Origin: Alphaproteobacteria bacterium
GTDB taxonomy: Bacteria; Pseudomonadota; Alphaproteobacteria; JBKEAR01
Assembly (NCBI GenBank): GCA_047973205.1
Contig: JBKEBO010000016.1
Location: forward strand, 2,973-66,972
Direction of reading: 5' to 3'
DNA length: 64,000 nt
The notes beneath the pieces are model-generated. The model was not told the origin of the DNA, did no database searches, and saw only the letters and a list, made by a program, of their open reading frames with translations. Shown piece by piece: positions 37,072-47,413 of this stretch (position 1 is its first letter; each line of letters opens with the position of its first letter). A program made the translations under genes and the position numbers.

Positions 37072-38001
37072 ATGCCCCATACCCATTATCATTCCCATGC
37101 TCGTATTTCTACAGCTTCCCATGAGAATGAGCGTAAAGTATTTTTATCATTTCTTCTGATTACCTCTTTTATGATTATTGAGGTTATTGGTGGCATGCTC
37201 TCAGGCTCACTTGCCCTTATTGCCGATGCAGGCCATATGCTTACCGATGCAACTGCTTTGGCATTATCATTTATAGCTTTTCGTTTAGGCCGTCGCCCTG
37301 CAGATTCTAACCATACATTTGGCCATACACGTTTTGAGGTTTTGGCAAGCTTTATGAATGCCCTTGCCATGTGTGCTATTGCTTTATGGATTATCTATGA
37401 GGCTTGGATTCGCTTTAATCAGCCCTCACCCATTTTAGCAGGCCCTATGATGATTGTTGCCATTATGGGATTGATTGTTAACATTATTGTTTTTCGGATA
37501 TTAAGCCGTGGCAGCCATGAACATATAAGCATCAAGGCCGCCTCAGTGAATGTTTTAGGCGACTTATTAGGTTCTGTAGCCGCCATTTTAGCCGCAACTA
37601 TTATTTACTTTACAGGCTGGCTACTGATTGACCCCATATTATCGGTACTTGTATCCTTGCTGATTATCCGCTGTGCTTGGGGTATTCTAACACAATCAGC
37701 CCATATCTTGCTTGAGGGAGCTCCCGAAAATGCTGAGCCTCATCAAATAAGAACTTATTTACTAAAAGCCATACCAGAGCTCTCCAATGTGGACCATATC
37801 CATGTTTGGACCATCACTTCAGGTCACGTTATTGCAACCCTACATATTCATCTTAAAGATGATAACAATGCAAAAGATGTTGTTAAAAAAGTCAAACAAG
37901 AGCTTCACTCTCATTTCAATATCGAAAACACAACCGTTGCCGTTGACTGGAACGAGGAGCAGCCATCATATAATCCAAGCTCTTACGCTCATAGCCATTA
38001 A
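37072..38001 (+). CDS. Cation diffusion facilitator (CzcD/ZitB-like) metal efflux transporter, paralog 1
   Basis: His-rich N-terminus MPHTHYHSH, TM2 motif LALIADAGHMLTDA and TM5 NVLGDLLGS, plus a C-terminal cytoplasmic domain. Start chosen at ATG 37072. Confidence 0.88.
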   Translation: MPHTHYHSHARISTASHENERKVFLSFLLITSFMIIEVIGGMLSGSLALIADAGHMLTDATALALSFIAFRLGRRPADSNHTFGHTRFEVLASFMNALAMCAIALWIIYEAWIRFNQPSPILAGPMMIVAIMGLIVNIIVFRILSRGSHEHISIKAASVNVLGDLLGSVAAILAATIIYFTGWLLIDPILSVLVSLLIIRCAWGILTQSAHILLEGAPENAEPHQIRTYLLKAIPELSNVDHIHVWTITSGHVIATLHIHLKDDNNAKDVVKKVKQELHSHFNIENTTVAVDWNEEQPSYNPSSYAHSH

Positions 38002-38014
38002 GGAAAGATTATTG

Positions 38015-38329
38015 ATGAAAACAACAAACTCTCCGCCATTCCACGATATTACAATTTTAGCTGAAACATTCCATCTTTTGGGTGATCCAACTCGACTGCG
38101 TATTTTGTTTTTTTGCTTATCTGAGCCTCAATCTGTAGGAGACATTGCCGAAAATTTAGAGCTTTCTCAGGCTTTAGTCAGCCACCATTTGCGTCTTTTA
38201 CGTGGAGCAAGGCTTGTAACAGGCACGCGAAAATCTAAGCAGATTTTTTACCAAGTTACCGATGAGCATGTTCATCAAATTCTCACCGATATGGCTATTC
38301 ATATTACCGAAGAACAAGAGGAAGATTAG
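38015..38329 (+). CDS. ArsR/SmtB family metalloregulator
   Basis: 104 aa with LLGDPTRLRILFFC, a wHTH (SVGDIAENLELSQALVSHHLRLL) and the GTRKSKQIFY wing. ATG 38015 lies 13 nt after the czcD-1 stop. Confidence 0.85.
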   Translation: MKTTNSPPFHDITILAETFHLLGDPTRLRILFFCLSEPQSVGDIAENLELSQALVSHHLRLLRGARLVTGTRKSKQIFYQVTDEHVHQILTDMAIHITEEQEED

Positions 38330-38336
38330 GCTTATA

Positions 38337-39278
38337 ATGTCCCATTCTCACCCCCATAATCATACCCACACACATAACCATGATATCTCACAACATAATG
38401 AACGTAAGATGTTATTTTCGCTTATCCTTATTGCCTCTTTTATGTTTGTGGAAATTACTGGTGGTATTTTATCAAGCTCACTAGCTTTAATTGCCGATGC
38501 GGGCCATATGCTTACCGATGCTGCAGCTTTGGCACTTTCTTACACCGCTTTTCGTTTAAGCCGAAGACAGCCCAATTCTCAACATACATTTGGCTATACA
38601 CGTTTTGAAGTCGTTGCAGGCTTTATCAACGCATTAGCTATGTTTGCTATTGTGGCATGGATATTATTTGAGGCTATTGAACGCTTTTTTAGCCCGCAAC
38701 AAGTTTTAGCTACCCCGATGATGATTGTCGCTATTTTTGGACTTATCGTAAATATTGTTGTCTTTTGGATATTAAGCCAAGGCGATAAAGACCATGTGAA
38801 TATTAAAGGAGCTGCTATCCATGTAATGGGAGACCTTTTAGGCTCTGTTGGGGCCATTTTAGCAGGAATTATCATCTACTTTACAGGCTGGATGCCCATT
38901 GACCCTATTTTATCAGTACTTGTATCTCTGCTTATCTTACGCAGTGCTTGGAATTTGCTCAAAGAAACAACCTATATTCTGCTTGAGGCTTCCCCAAAAT
39001 ATGCTCAACCCGAACAAGTAAAAGAGCATTTAATGCAGACTATAACTGAGCTTGCTAATGTTCACCATATTCATATTTGGACTCTTACATCAGGACGTAT
39101 TTTAGCAACCTTACATATTCAGCTTAATGACAACACAAAGGCAAAATCTGTTGTAAAGAAGGTGGAAGAAGAACTTCATCATATTTTTAACATTGAACAT
39201 TGCACCATTGCCATTGACTGGGATAACCACCCCCACTTATGTAGTATGCACCAAGCTAAAAAACCCCATATTCATTGA
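38337..39278 (+). CDS. Cation diffusion facilitator (CzcD/ZitB-like) metal efflux transporter, paralog 2
   Basis: His-rich N-terminus MSHSHPHNHTHTHNH. LALIADAGHMLTDA is identical to paralog 1, HVMGDLLGS is near-identical, and the two are collinear throughout. Confidence 0.88.
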   Translation: MSHSHPHNHTHTHNHDISQHNERKMLFSLILIASFMFVEITGGILSSSLALIADAGHMLTDAAALALSYTAFRLSRRQPNSQHTFGYTRFEVVAGFINALAMFAIVAWILFEAIERFFSPQQVLATPMMIVAIFGLIVNIVVFWILSQGDKDHVNIKGAAIHVMGDLLGSVGAILAGIIIYFTGWMPIDPILSVLVSLLILRSAWNLLKETTYILLEASPKYAQPEQVKEHLMQTITELANVHHIHIWTLTSGRILATLHIQLNDNTKAKSVVKKVEEELHHIFNIEHCTIAIDWDNHPHLCSMHQAKKPHIH

Positions 39279-39411
39279 TGAAAAAATATTCTAAAGCTCT
39301 ATTTTATGCATCTTTCTTCAATATCATTAACAATATTGCTATCTTCTACTCCTAGCCTAAAAAGGATTATATATTCCTTCCTAACTAACTGACCTTTCAT
39401 CCATAAACAGA

Positions 39412-40944
39412 CTATTTCCGCCAGATATTTTTACCACTTACAGGTAAGCCAAGCTCGTCCCACAGGTTATCGATACGCTCAATGACCTCATCATCCATAC
39501 GAATTTTTATGCCCCATTCACGGCTTGTTTCTGCTCCAACTTTAGCCGTTGCATCAATACCCATTTTAGAGCCTAAACCCGAAACAGGTGAAGCAAAATC
39601 TAGATAGTCAATAGGTGTATTTTCTATCATTACTGTATCTCGTGCAGGATCAACATTGGTTGAGATTGCCCATATCACATCATCCCAGATACGAATATTG
39701 TAATCATCATCTACCACAACCACAAATTTCGTATACATGAATTGCCGCAAAAACGACCACACTCCCATCATCACCCGCTTGGCATGGCCTGCATAGGCTT
39801 TTTTGATACTAACGACCGCCATACGATAAGAACATGCCTCAGGTGGTAGATAAAAATCTTCAATTTCAGGGAATTGTTGAATAAGCATCGGTATTAAAAC
39901 CTCATTTAAGGCTTCCCCTAAAATTGCAGGCTCATCGGGCGGGCGACCTGTAAATGTGGAAAGATAAATCGGCTCTTTACGCATGGTTATGGCTGAGGCT
40001 TCAAAAATAGGAAACTCATCCACCTGATTATAAAAGCCCGTATGGTCGCCATAAGGCCCTTCTGGAGCTGTTTCATCGGCTAAAATATGCCCTTCGAGTA
40101 CAATTTCAGCTTCTGCTGGAACTTTAAGTGGAACTGTTTTACATTGCACAAGCTCCACACGCTCCCCACGTAGCAACCCTGCAAAGCGATATTCCGAAAG
40201 AGTATCAGGTACAGGAGTTACCGCCGCCACAATCGTAGCAGGGTCAGCCCCTAAAACAATAGCTATGGGCATGGGTTTATCTGGATTTTGTAACTTCCAT
40301 CTTGCAAATTGCTGAGCCCCTCCCCTTGCCTTAAGCCACCGCATAATGGTACGATTTTTGCCCAAAAGCTGCATGCGATAAATTCCTAAGTTAAAATCAT
40401 CTTGGGGCGATTTCTTTCCTTTTTGGTAAGCAGATGGCCCTTGAGTAACCACAATAGGCCAAGTAATCAGTGGTGCAGGCTCATTTGGCCAACATCCTTG
40501 AATAGGAAGCTTTGTTAAGTCAATATCATCACCTGTTAGCACAACTTCTTGGCAAGCTCCTGATTTTTTAACTCGTGGTCTTGAAGCTAAAGCTTGCTTT
40601 AATATGGGAAGCTTCTTCATGGCCTCCCGAAAGCTTGTTGGCGGTTCAGGCTGGCGAAAAAATGCCAATAGCTCACCAACTTCTCTCAGCTCATTTTTGT
40701 TTCTTCCCATGGCCTTAGCCACTCTTTGGGTTGTTCCAAAAAGATTAACAAGCACAGGCATTGAGCCATCACTTCCATCGGGATTTTTAGGGTTCTCAAA
40801 AATAAGAGCAGGCCCTTTTTCGGCTAAAAGACGGGTTTGAATTTCTGTCATTTCCAAATGCGTACTTACTGCTACTTTGGTTCTGAGCAATTCGCCTTCT
40901 TTTTCTAACTGTTCAATAAAATCTCTGAGTGATTTATAAGCCAT
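39412..40944 (-). CDS. ubiD: 4-hydroxy-3-polyprenylbenzoate decarboxylase UbiD
   Basis: 510 aa. The N-terminus [15 protein letters not shown] and internal blocks ([17 protein letters not shown]) are typical of UbiD. It is adjacent to ubiA. Confidence 0.9.
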   Translation of the reverse strand: MAYKSLRDFIEQLEKEGELLRTKVAVSTHLEMTEIQTRLLAEKGPALIFENPKNPDGSDGSMPVLVNLFGTTQRVAKAMGRNKNELREVGELLAFFRQPEPPTSFREAMKKLPILKQALASRPRVKKSGACQEVVLTGDDIDLTKLPIQGCWPNEPAPLITWPIVVTQGPSAYQKGKKSPQDDFNLGIYRMQLLGKNRTIMRWLKARGGAQQFARWKLQNPDKPMPIAIVLGADPATIVAAVTPVPDTLSEYRFAGLLRGERVELVQCKTVPLKVPAEAEIVLEGHILADETAPEGPYGDHTGFYNQVDEFPIFEASAITMRKEPIYLSTFTGRPPDEPAILGEALNEVLIPMLIQQFPEIEDFYLPPEACSYRMAVVSIKKAYAGHAKRVMMGVWSFLRQFMYTKFVVVVDDDYNIRIWDDVIWAISTNVDPARDTVMIENTPIDYLDFASPVSGLGSKMGIDATAKVGAETSREWGIKIRMDDEVIERIDNLWDELGLPVSGKNIWRK

Positions 40945-40947
40945 TGA

Positions 40948-41856
40948 TTAACCTAACAATATACCTAAAAGTAAAATCCAACCCGCATAACGTGACTGTT
41001 TAAATGAACGTAAACATTGGGAAGCATCATTAATATCTAGCCTTATCAGCTGAAGCCCATGAAAGCCCACCATGACCAAAAGTGCCATATAATAAAATAT
41101 ATTCATATGAGCCAAAATACCTGCAATCATAAATGATATTCCCATACATAAGCTAATAAATAAGGCCGCAGCTTGGGTTTTATCTCCCAATGTTAAAGCT
41201 GTTGATTTTAAGCCAAGTTTTGCATCATCTTCCTTATCTTGATGGGCATAAATCGTATCGTAAATGAGTGTCCAAAAAACGCCCCCAATCCACAACCAAA
41301 ATGCAGGCCATGCTAAATCGTTGCGAATAGCGGCCCACCCCAGTAAAGCTCCCCAATTAAAAGTAAAACCTAAAACAAGCTGCGGCCAATTGGTAAATCT
41401 TTTGGCTAAAGGGTATAAGGATACAGGAATAAGCGAAAGCAGTGCTAATATTTTTGCCACAGGTGATAAAATGAGAAATATCAAAAAGCTTAAAAACAAC
41501 AATATAAACAAGAAGATAAAAGCTTGCCTCATATTGAGTTCACCCGAAGCTAGGGGGCGATGTTTGGTTCGCTCAACGGCTGCATCAAATTTTTTATCCC
41601 ACATATCATTGATAACACATCCTGCTGCACGCATCAAAAAAGCCCCGATAATAAAGAGGATGTAAATCATGATTGTATAGCCCCATCCTCTTGTTGTAAT
41701 GGGACGAGCCATAGCAATGGACCATAGACATGGAAGCAGCAAAAGCCATGTTCCAATAGGTCTATCTAGTCGTGATAGTAAGCCATATGGTTTTGCCCAT
41801 TGAGGAAGCTTTCCGATAATACCATGGCGATTAATATCCGTATGGGGTTGAGACAT
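40948..41856 (-). CDS. ubiA: 4-hydroxybenzoate polyprenyltransferase UbiA
   Basis: Polytopic protein with the NDMWDKKFD (NDxxDxxxD) and YAHQDKEDD Asp-rich motifs. Confidence 0.9.
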   Translation of the reverse strand: MSQPHTDINRHGIIGKLPQWAKPYGLLSRLDRPIGTWLLLLPCLWSIAMARPITTRGWGYTIMIYILFIIGAFLMRAAGCVINDMWDKKFDAAVERTKHRPLASGELNMRQAFIFLFILLFLSFLIFLILSPVAKILALLSLIPVSLYPLAKRFTNWPQLVLGFTFNWGALLGWAAIRNDLAWPAFWLWIGGVFWTLIYDTIYAHQDKEDDAKLGLKSTALTLGDKTQAAALFISLCMGISFMIAGILAHMNIFYYMALLVMVGFHGLQLIRLDINDASQCLRSFKQSRYAGWILLLGILLG

Positions 41857-41939
41857 TAGGTATAAAATCTTTCTTTTGTTCTTATTATTTTTCAGTTACA
41901 TTAGTCTAGCTGATTTTATAATAAGAAAATAGGGAAAAA

Positions 41940-42701
41940 ATGAAAATACGTGCAAGAATTTTTGTTGATGAGCCTCTTTTTAAAGATGCCCATATTGAAG
42001 CCCCTGCTCATATAGCCCATTATCTAAATGGCGTTATGCGGTTAAAAAATGGTGAGTATATCACTCTATTTAACGGTAAAGATGGCTTATGGTTAGCTGA
42101 GTTTTCTTCAACTTCTCGCCGTAGTTGCAGCCTATATATCTTAGAGCAAATTCAAACACAACCCGCTGATACTCCATCAATAACCCTCAATTTCGCCCTT
42201 TTAAAAAAGACACCAACAGATTTTCTTATTCAAAAAGCTACAGAACTTGGTGCTACTCATTTTCAGCCCATTATTACTGAGCGAACTCAAAGCGATAAAA
42301 TTAAAATTGAGCGAATAAAAGACCAGATTATCGAAGCCTCCGAACAATGTGAGCGTTTGGATATTGCAACCATTGCTGAGCCTATACTTCTTAATAGTCT
42401 CCTTGGTAGTCTAAATAAGCAAACCCCACTTATTTACGGTAACGAGACAGGGCAAGGTGTTCCTATTTCTCAGCTTTTAACAACAGATAAGTCCTTTAAG
42501 GATATTTACTTTTTAATAGGCCCTGAGGGAGGATTTTCACCTCAAGAGCTTGAAATTTTAAAAGCACATAACTATACTACTTCAGTAGGATTAGGTCCAC
42601 GCATCTTACGAGCCGAAACCGCTGCTATTACCATGCTCACGGCTTTTCAGCTTTACCAAGGTGACTGGAGTCAAATGCCTAAATGGTCACTTACATCTTA
42701 A
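41940..42701 (+). CDS. rsmE: 16S rRNA (uracil1498-N3)-methyltransferase RsmE
   Basis: 253 aa SPOUT fold. It has the C-terminal GPEGGFSPQELE and LGPRILRAETA motifs. Confidence 0.85.
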   Translation: MKIRARIFVDEPLFKDAHIEAPAHIAHYLNGVMRLKNGEYITLFNGKDGLWLAEFSSTSRRSCSLYILEQIQTQPADTPSITLNFALLKKTPTDFLIQKATELGATHFQPIITERTQSDKIKIERIKDQIIEASEQCERLDIATIAEPILLNSLLGSLNKQTPLIYGNETGQGVPISQLLTTDKSFKDIYFLIGPEGGFSPQELEILKAHNYTTSVGLGPRILRAETAAITMLTAFQLYQGDWSQMPKWSLTS

Positions 42702-42729
42702 AAACCAAAATATTAACAAGGAGATATTC

Positions 42730-44073
42730 ATGTTCACCAAAATGCAACTCGTCGAAAGTTTAGCCAAAGGGTGTAAACCCAAGGAAAAATGGCGTATTGG
42801 CTGTGAGCATGAAAAATTTGTTTATCATAAGGATGATTTCTCTCCACTGCTTTACAAAGATAAAGATGGTCGTGCAGGTATTTATGATATTTTACAAAAG
42901 TTTAGCGAAGCTGGCTGGCAGCCTATCGAGGAAGACGGCAATCTTATTGCCCTTAAAGATGATAGCGGAGCTTCTGTAACTTTAGAGCCTGCAGGACAGT
43001 TTGAACTTTCTGGAGCTCCTTTAGAAAATGTTCACCAAGTTTGCCGTGAAACAAGCCTTCATCTTAAGCTTGCTCGTAGTATTGGCAACGAGCTAGGTAT
43101 TGCCTTTTTAGGCCTTGGTTATCAACCGATTATCAGCCGTCAAAATCTTCCATGGATGCCTAAATCTCGCTATAATATCATGAAGAATTATATGCCTAAA
43201 GTCGGCCGCCTTGGCCTTGATATGATGCAAGCAACATGTACGGTGCAAGTTAATCTTGACTTTGATAGCGAAGCCACCATGATTAAGATGTTTCGCACAT
43301 CGCTTGCTTTACAACCAATTGCCACCGCTCTTTGGGCAAATTCGCCTTTTAAAGATGGTAAACCCTCAGGCTATTTAAGTTATAGAGCCCGTATTTGGCA
43401 AGATACTGATAACGACCGCTGCGGACTTTTACCCTTTGTTTTTGAAGATGATTTTAGCTTTGAGCGTTATGTGGACTATCTTTTAGATGTTCCTATGTAT
43501 TTTATCTATCGCGAGGGTCAATATATTGATGCTACAGGCTATAGTTTCAAACAATTTTTAGAGGGTAATCATCCAAATTTAAAAGCCTATGAGCCAAGCC
43601 TTAAAGATTTTGAAGACCATGCGACAACTGTTTTTCCTGAGGTTCGTCTAAAAACATTTTTAGAGATGCGAGGAGCTGACGGCTCATCTTGGCATCGCAT
43701 ATGTGCTTTGCCTGCTTTTTGGGTGGGGCTGCTTTATGATGAGCAATCCTTAAATACGGCCTATGATATGATAAGCGATTGGACCCTTAATGAGCTTTCT
43801 TATCTTCGAGAAACCACACCCAAGCTCGCCCTGAATACACCTTTTAGAGGACAAACTTTACAAAAATATGCCCTTGATATTCTTAAGCTTTCCCATAATG
43901 GTTTGGCTCGCCGTGGTATTTTAAATAAAAGTGGCTCTGATGAGACTGTTCATCTTGCCCCTCTTATGCTCACTGCTGAGAGTGGCATTACCCCTGCTGA
44001 AGCTAAGCTTTATGCCTATGAAAATTTTTGGAACCACGACCTAACTCGTATTTATCGTGAGCTGGCCTATTAA
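42730..44073 (+). CDS. gshA: Glutamate--cysteine ligase, plant/alphaproteobacterial type (GCS2)
   Basis: RIGCEHEKF, LEPAGQFELSG, VQVNLDF and FPEVRLK blocks. ATG 42730 is preceded by AAGGAGA. Confidence 0.88.
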   Translation: MFTKMQLVESLAKGCKPKEKWRIGCEHEKFVYHKDDFSPLLYKDKDGRAGIYDILQKFSEAGWQPIEEDGNLIALKDDSGASVTLEPAGQFELSGAPLENVHQVCRETSLHLKLARSIGNELGIAFLGLGYQPIISRQNLPWMPKSRYNIMKNYMPKVGRLGLDMMQATCTVQVNLDFDSEATMIKMFRTSLALQPIATALWANSPFKDGKPSGYLSYRARIWQDTDNDRCGLLPFVFEDDFSFERYVDYLLDVPMYFIYREGQYIDATGYSFKQFLEGNHPNLKAYEPSLKDFEDHATTVFPEVRLKTFLEMRGADGSSWHRICALPAFWVGLLYDEQSLNTAYDMISDWTLNELSYLRETTPKLALNTPFRGQTLQKYALDILKLSHNGLARRGILNKSGSDETVHLAPLMLTAESGITPAEAKLYAYENFWNHDLTRIYRELAY

Positions 44074-44089
44074 CATTTTTGCATAATAT

Positions 44090-44126
44090 AAAAAAGCCTC
44101 CCATAATGGGAGGCTCTTTACTTTTT
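44090..44126. terminator. Bidirectional rho-independent terminator (gshA / pntB)
   Basis: AAAAAA-GCCTCCCA-TAA-TGGGAGGC-TCTTTACTTTTT. It has an 8-bp GC-rich stem between convergent genes. Confidence 0.8.
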
Positions 44127-44137
44127 AAGTCTATGCT

Positions 44138-45544
44138 CTAAACTCTATCAAGAGCTTGAACAATCTCTTCAGTCATAGCCTTAGCATCACCAAAGAGCAT
44201 GGTTGTGTTATCACGGAAGAAAAGTTCATTTTCGATACCCGCATAACCAGCCCCCATGGAACGTTTGTTAAAGAACACCATTTTTGCTTTTTCAACATCC
44301 AATATTGGCATACCGTAAATATTTGATGTTGGGTCTGTTTTAGCCGCAGGATTGGTTACATCATTCGCACCAATCACATAAACCACATCAGCCGTTGCAA
44401 ATTCATGGTTGATTTCTTCTAGCTCAAAAACTTCGTCATAAGGAACATTCGCTTCCGCTAAAAGTACATTCATATGACCAGGCATACGCCCTGCTACAGG
44501 ATGGATAGCATAGGCAACATCCACACCTTTTTCTTTAAGTTTATCAGCCATTTCACGTAAAGCATGCTGAGCCTGAGCTACCGCCATACCATAACCTGGT
44601 ACAATAATAACTTTTTCGGCATTTGCCATAAAGAAAGCCGCATCATCAGCTGCACCTGATTTTACAGGCTTATCCGAATGGCTTGCTGCAGCAGCTCCGC
44701 CTGCGGCAACCTCGGTACCAAAGCCTCCAAGAAGTACGTTAAAGATACTACGGTTCATTCCTTTACACATAATATACGATAGAATAGCACCTGAGGCCCC
44801 CACTAAAGCTCCTACAATCACCAAAGCAGGATTGTGTAGGGTAAAGCCGATACCAGCAGCTGCCCACCCCGAATAAGAGTTTAGCATAGATACAACCACA
44901 GGCATATCTGCACCACCAATGGGAATAATAAGCAAAAAGCCAATGGCAAAGCTAAGTAATGTGAGTAACCAAAAGACAAAAGCACTATTGGTTGTTACCA
45001 ACATAACAATCAGCAGAACAATCACACCACCAATAACAGCATTAAGAAGATGCTGATTTTTAAAGGTAATCGGGTTACCACTCATTAATCCTTGCAATTT
45101 AGCAAAAGCAATCACAGAGCCTGAAAATGTAATCGCACCAATAGAGACACCTAAGCTCATCTCAACAAGGCTAATGGCCTTAATATCACCAAATGTACCA
45201 ATATGAAAAGCATCGGGGTTGTAAAATGTAGCCACCGCCACACAAACGGCAGCTAAGCCCACAAGTGAGTGAAAAGCCGCCACAAGCTGCGGAAGTTGCG
45301 TCATATCAATCTTACGGGCAATAAACAAGCCCGCACTTCCCCCAACAATGATACCTGCTATAATCAAGACAATCCAACCAAGGGATAACCCACCAAAAAG
45401 TAATGTTGTCAACACTGCAACAAGCATACCAATCATACCAAATTGGTTACCTTTACGAGATGTTGCAGGCGAGCTTAGCCCTTTGAGAGCCATAATAAAG
45501 AAGACAGCCGCAACGAGATATAATAAACCTTGTAAATTTTCCAT
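44138..45544 (-). CDS. pntB: NAD(P) transhydrogenase subunit beta
   Basis: 468 aa with a membrane domain plus the C-terminal dIII NADP(H)-binding domain (PGYGMAVAQAQH, VIGANDV). Confidence 0.95.
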   Translation of the reverse strand: MENLQGLLYLVAAVFFIMALKGLSSPATSRKGNQFGMIGMLVAVLTTLLFGGLSLGWIVLIIAGIIVGGSAGLFIARKIDMTQLPQLVAAFHSLVGLAAVCVAVATFYNPDAFHIGTFGDIKAISLVEMSLGVSIGAITFSGSVIAFAKLQGLMSGNPITFKNQHLLNAVIGGVIVLLIVMLVTTNSAFVFWLLTLLSFAIGFLLIIPIGGADMPVVVSMLNSYSGWAAAGIGFTLHNPALVIVGALVGASGAILSYIMCKGMNRSIFNVLLGGFGTEVAAGGAAAASHSDKPVKSGAADDAAFFMANAEKVIIVPGYGMAVAQAQHALREMADKLKEKGVDVAYAIHPVAGRMPGHMNVLLAEANVPYDEVFELEEINHEFATADVVYVIGANDVTNPAAKTDPTSNIYGMPILDVEKAKMVFFNKRSMGAGYAGIENELFFRDNTTMLFGDAKAMTEEIVQALDRV

Positions 45545-45555
45545 TTATATTCTCC

Positions 45556-45981
45556 CTAACCCTTCTTCTTAAACATGGCAAGCATACGTTCTGTAACGGC
45601 AAAACCACCAAAAATATTTACCGAAGCCAATACCACACCAATAAAGGCTGCAAATTTAGAGATAAATCCGCCAGATGCGACACCTAAGGCAATCATTGCC
45701 CCAACGATAATCACCGATGATATGGCATTCGTCACACTCATTAGAGGTGAGTGTAACGCAGGTGTTACGCTCCAAACTACATAAAAGCCAACAAAACAGG
45801 CCATAACAAAAATCATAAATAATGGCAAGAAACCCATTTGATTACTTGCGGCGGCGGCGTGGGAAGCTGCCGTAGTTACGCTATCGGAAACATTGCCACC
45901 TAAGGCATTAATCTGATCGCTCAACTGGTCTCTTAAACGAGAAAGTTCAGTAATAGTTGTTTGAACATCAGCCATTTGCAT
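45556..45981 (-). CDS. NAD(P) transhydrogenase subunit alpha part 2 (membrane part)
   Basis: 141 aa with hydrophobic helices and the [14 protein letters not shown] motif. It lies between pntAA and pntB, the three-gene layout of alphaproteobacteria. Confidence 0.88.
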   Translation of the reverse strand: MQMADVQTTITELSRLRDQLSDQINALGGNVSDSVTTAASHAAAASNQMGFLPLFMIFVMACFVGFYVVWSVTPALHSPLMSVTNAISSVIIVGAMIALGVASGGFISKFAAFIGVVLASVNIFGGFAVTERMLAMFKKKG

Positions 45982-47215
45982 CCTCCTTCTTATCTTCTTT
46001 AGTCGACTTTGATTTTACAGTAATCGTTGGTTTTTCTTCCTTAACAGCAGCTTCTTCTGCAGGCTCTTCTTGCTGAGCAGGCTCTGCAAGCGAATGCCAT
46101 GGAAGTTCACGAGCTATTTGACCATCTTTGGTTACACAAGTTCCTGTAACTGTTTCATCTTCAAAGTCAAACTCTAGTTTACCTTCATGAATATGAGGGG
46201 TCACAAAATTTAAAATATTTTTAGCAAATAAAGCCGAGGCATCATTTGGAAGACGGCCTGCTACATTCAAGTGGCCAACAATTTTAACACCATGCTTTTC
46301 AACAACTTTTCCTGCTTCTGCCCCTTCAACATTACCCCCTGCTTCAACGGCTAAATCAACCAAAACCGCACCAGGTTTCATCTGTTGTAAGGCCTCATCT
46401 TTCACCAAAATTGGGGCTTTTTTCCCAGGGATTAAAGCCGTAGTAATGACCATATCTTGCTTAGCAATATGGCTTTGGAGAACTTCTTGCTCTTTTTTCT
46501 TATATTCTTCAGACATTTCTTTAGCATAACCGCCTGAAGTTTCGGCATCTTTCATGGCTTCTTCATCCACCACAACAAATTTGCCCCCTAAGGATTCCAC
46601 TTGCTCTTTCGTTGCAGGGCGTACGTCATAAGCCGTAACCACCGCCCCCAAACGTTTTGCCGTTGCGATAGCCTGCAAGCCTGCGACCCCTGCTCCCATA
46701 ATAAATACTTTTGCAGGAGGAATTGTTCCTGCGGCTGTCATCATCATCGGAAAGGCCGAGCCAAATTCTGCTGCACCGTCAAGCACCGCTTTATAGCCTG
46801 CAAGGTTCGACTGCGAAGATAAAATATCCATACTCTGAGCCCGTGTAATACGTGGCATTAATTCCATAGCAAAGGCCGTTATCTTTTTATCTTTCAAACG
46901 ATTAACCGCATCACTATCGGTCAGTGCATTCAATGAGGCAATAACAATAGCCCCTTCTTTAATCTTTTGAACTTCACTTTGTTGAGGAGCTTTTATTTTT
47001 AAGATAATATCAGCGTTATCATAGACTTCATCAGCATTAGCAGCAATGGTTGCTCCTGCAGCTGTTAAGTCTTCATCACGCATGCCCGAAAGCCACCCTG
47101 CACCAGCTTCGACAACAACATCAAGCCCAAAAGAGCTATATTTTTTTATCGCATCTGGTGAGATAGCCACACGAGTCTCATTATCTGAAATCTCACGAGG
47201 TATCGCTATTTTCAT
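45968..47215 (-). CDS. NAD(P) transhydrogenase subunit alpha part 1 (dI) with acidic/lysine-rich C-terminal tail
   Basis: Alanine dehydrogenase/PNT N-terminal and NAD-binding domains ([12 protein letters not shown]). It carries an extra ~40 aa E/K/P-rich tail. Confidence 0.92.
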   Translation of the reverse strand: MKIAIPREISDNETRVAISPDAIKKYSSFGLDVVVEAGAGWLSGMRDEDLTAAGATIAANADEVYDNADIILKIKAPQQSEVQKIKEGAIVIASLNALTDSDAVNRLKDKKITAFAMELMPRITRAQSMDILSSQSNLAGYKAVLDGAAEFGSAFPMMMTAAGTIPPAKVFIMGAGVAGLQAIATAKRLGAVVTAYDVRPATKEQVESLGGKFVVVDEEAMKDAETSGGYAKEMSEEYKKKEQEVLQSHIAKQDMVITTALIPGKKAPILVKDEALQQMKPGAVLVDLAVEAGGNVEGAEAGKVVEKHGVKIVGHLNVAGRLPNDASALFAKNILNFVTPHIHEGKLEFDFEDETVTGTCVTKDGQIARELPWHSLAEPAQQEEPAEEAAVKEEKPTITVKSKSTKEDKKEDANG

Positions 47216-47413
47216 CAGTTTCTATCCTTTTTCCATGACTTTCTTCAATAAGTAGAAAGATTACTCTTTCTCTTAGAAAATTCCTATATACAATAATCTA
47301 ATTTTTATGATAAGAAAAGAGCTAGCTCACATTTTTTTATTGTTATTTTTTATAGAAACAATTTATTTATGAGATGAGTATCTAAAATCAACGAGTAATA
47401 AGGCTTTGAAAAA

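Noticed and set aside
36847-37122. A 91-aa minus-strand ORF in the lysK-czcD intergenic region, and the N-terminal extension (36970-37071) of the czcD-1 ORF.
   Set aside because: It is AT-rich promoter DNA between divergent genes. CDF homology begins at the His-rich MPHTHYH (ATG 37072), and lysK homology begins at ATG 36841.
37787-38014. The long form (180 aa) of the ArsR ORF, overlapping the end of czcD-1.
   Set aside because: ArsR/SmtB homology starts at MKTTNSPPF (ATG 38015). The upstream part is an out-of-frame read-through of czcD-1.
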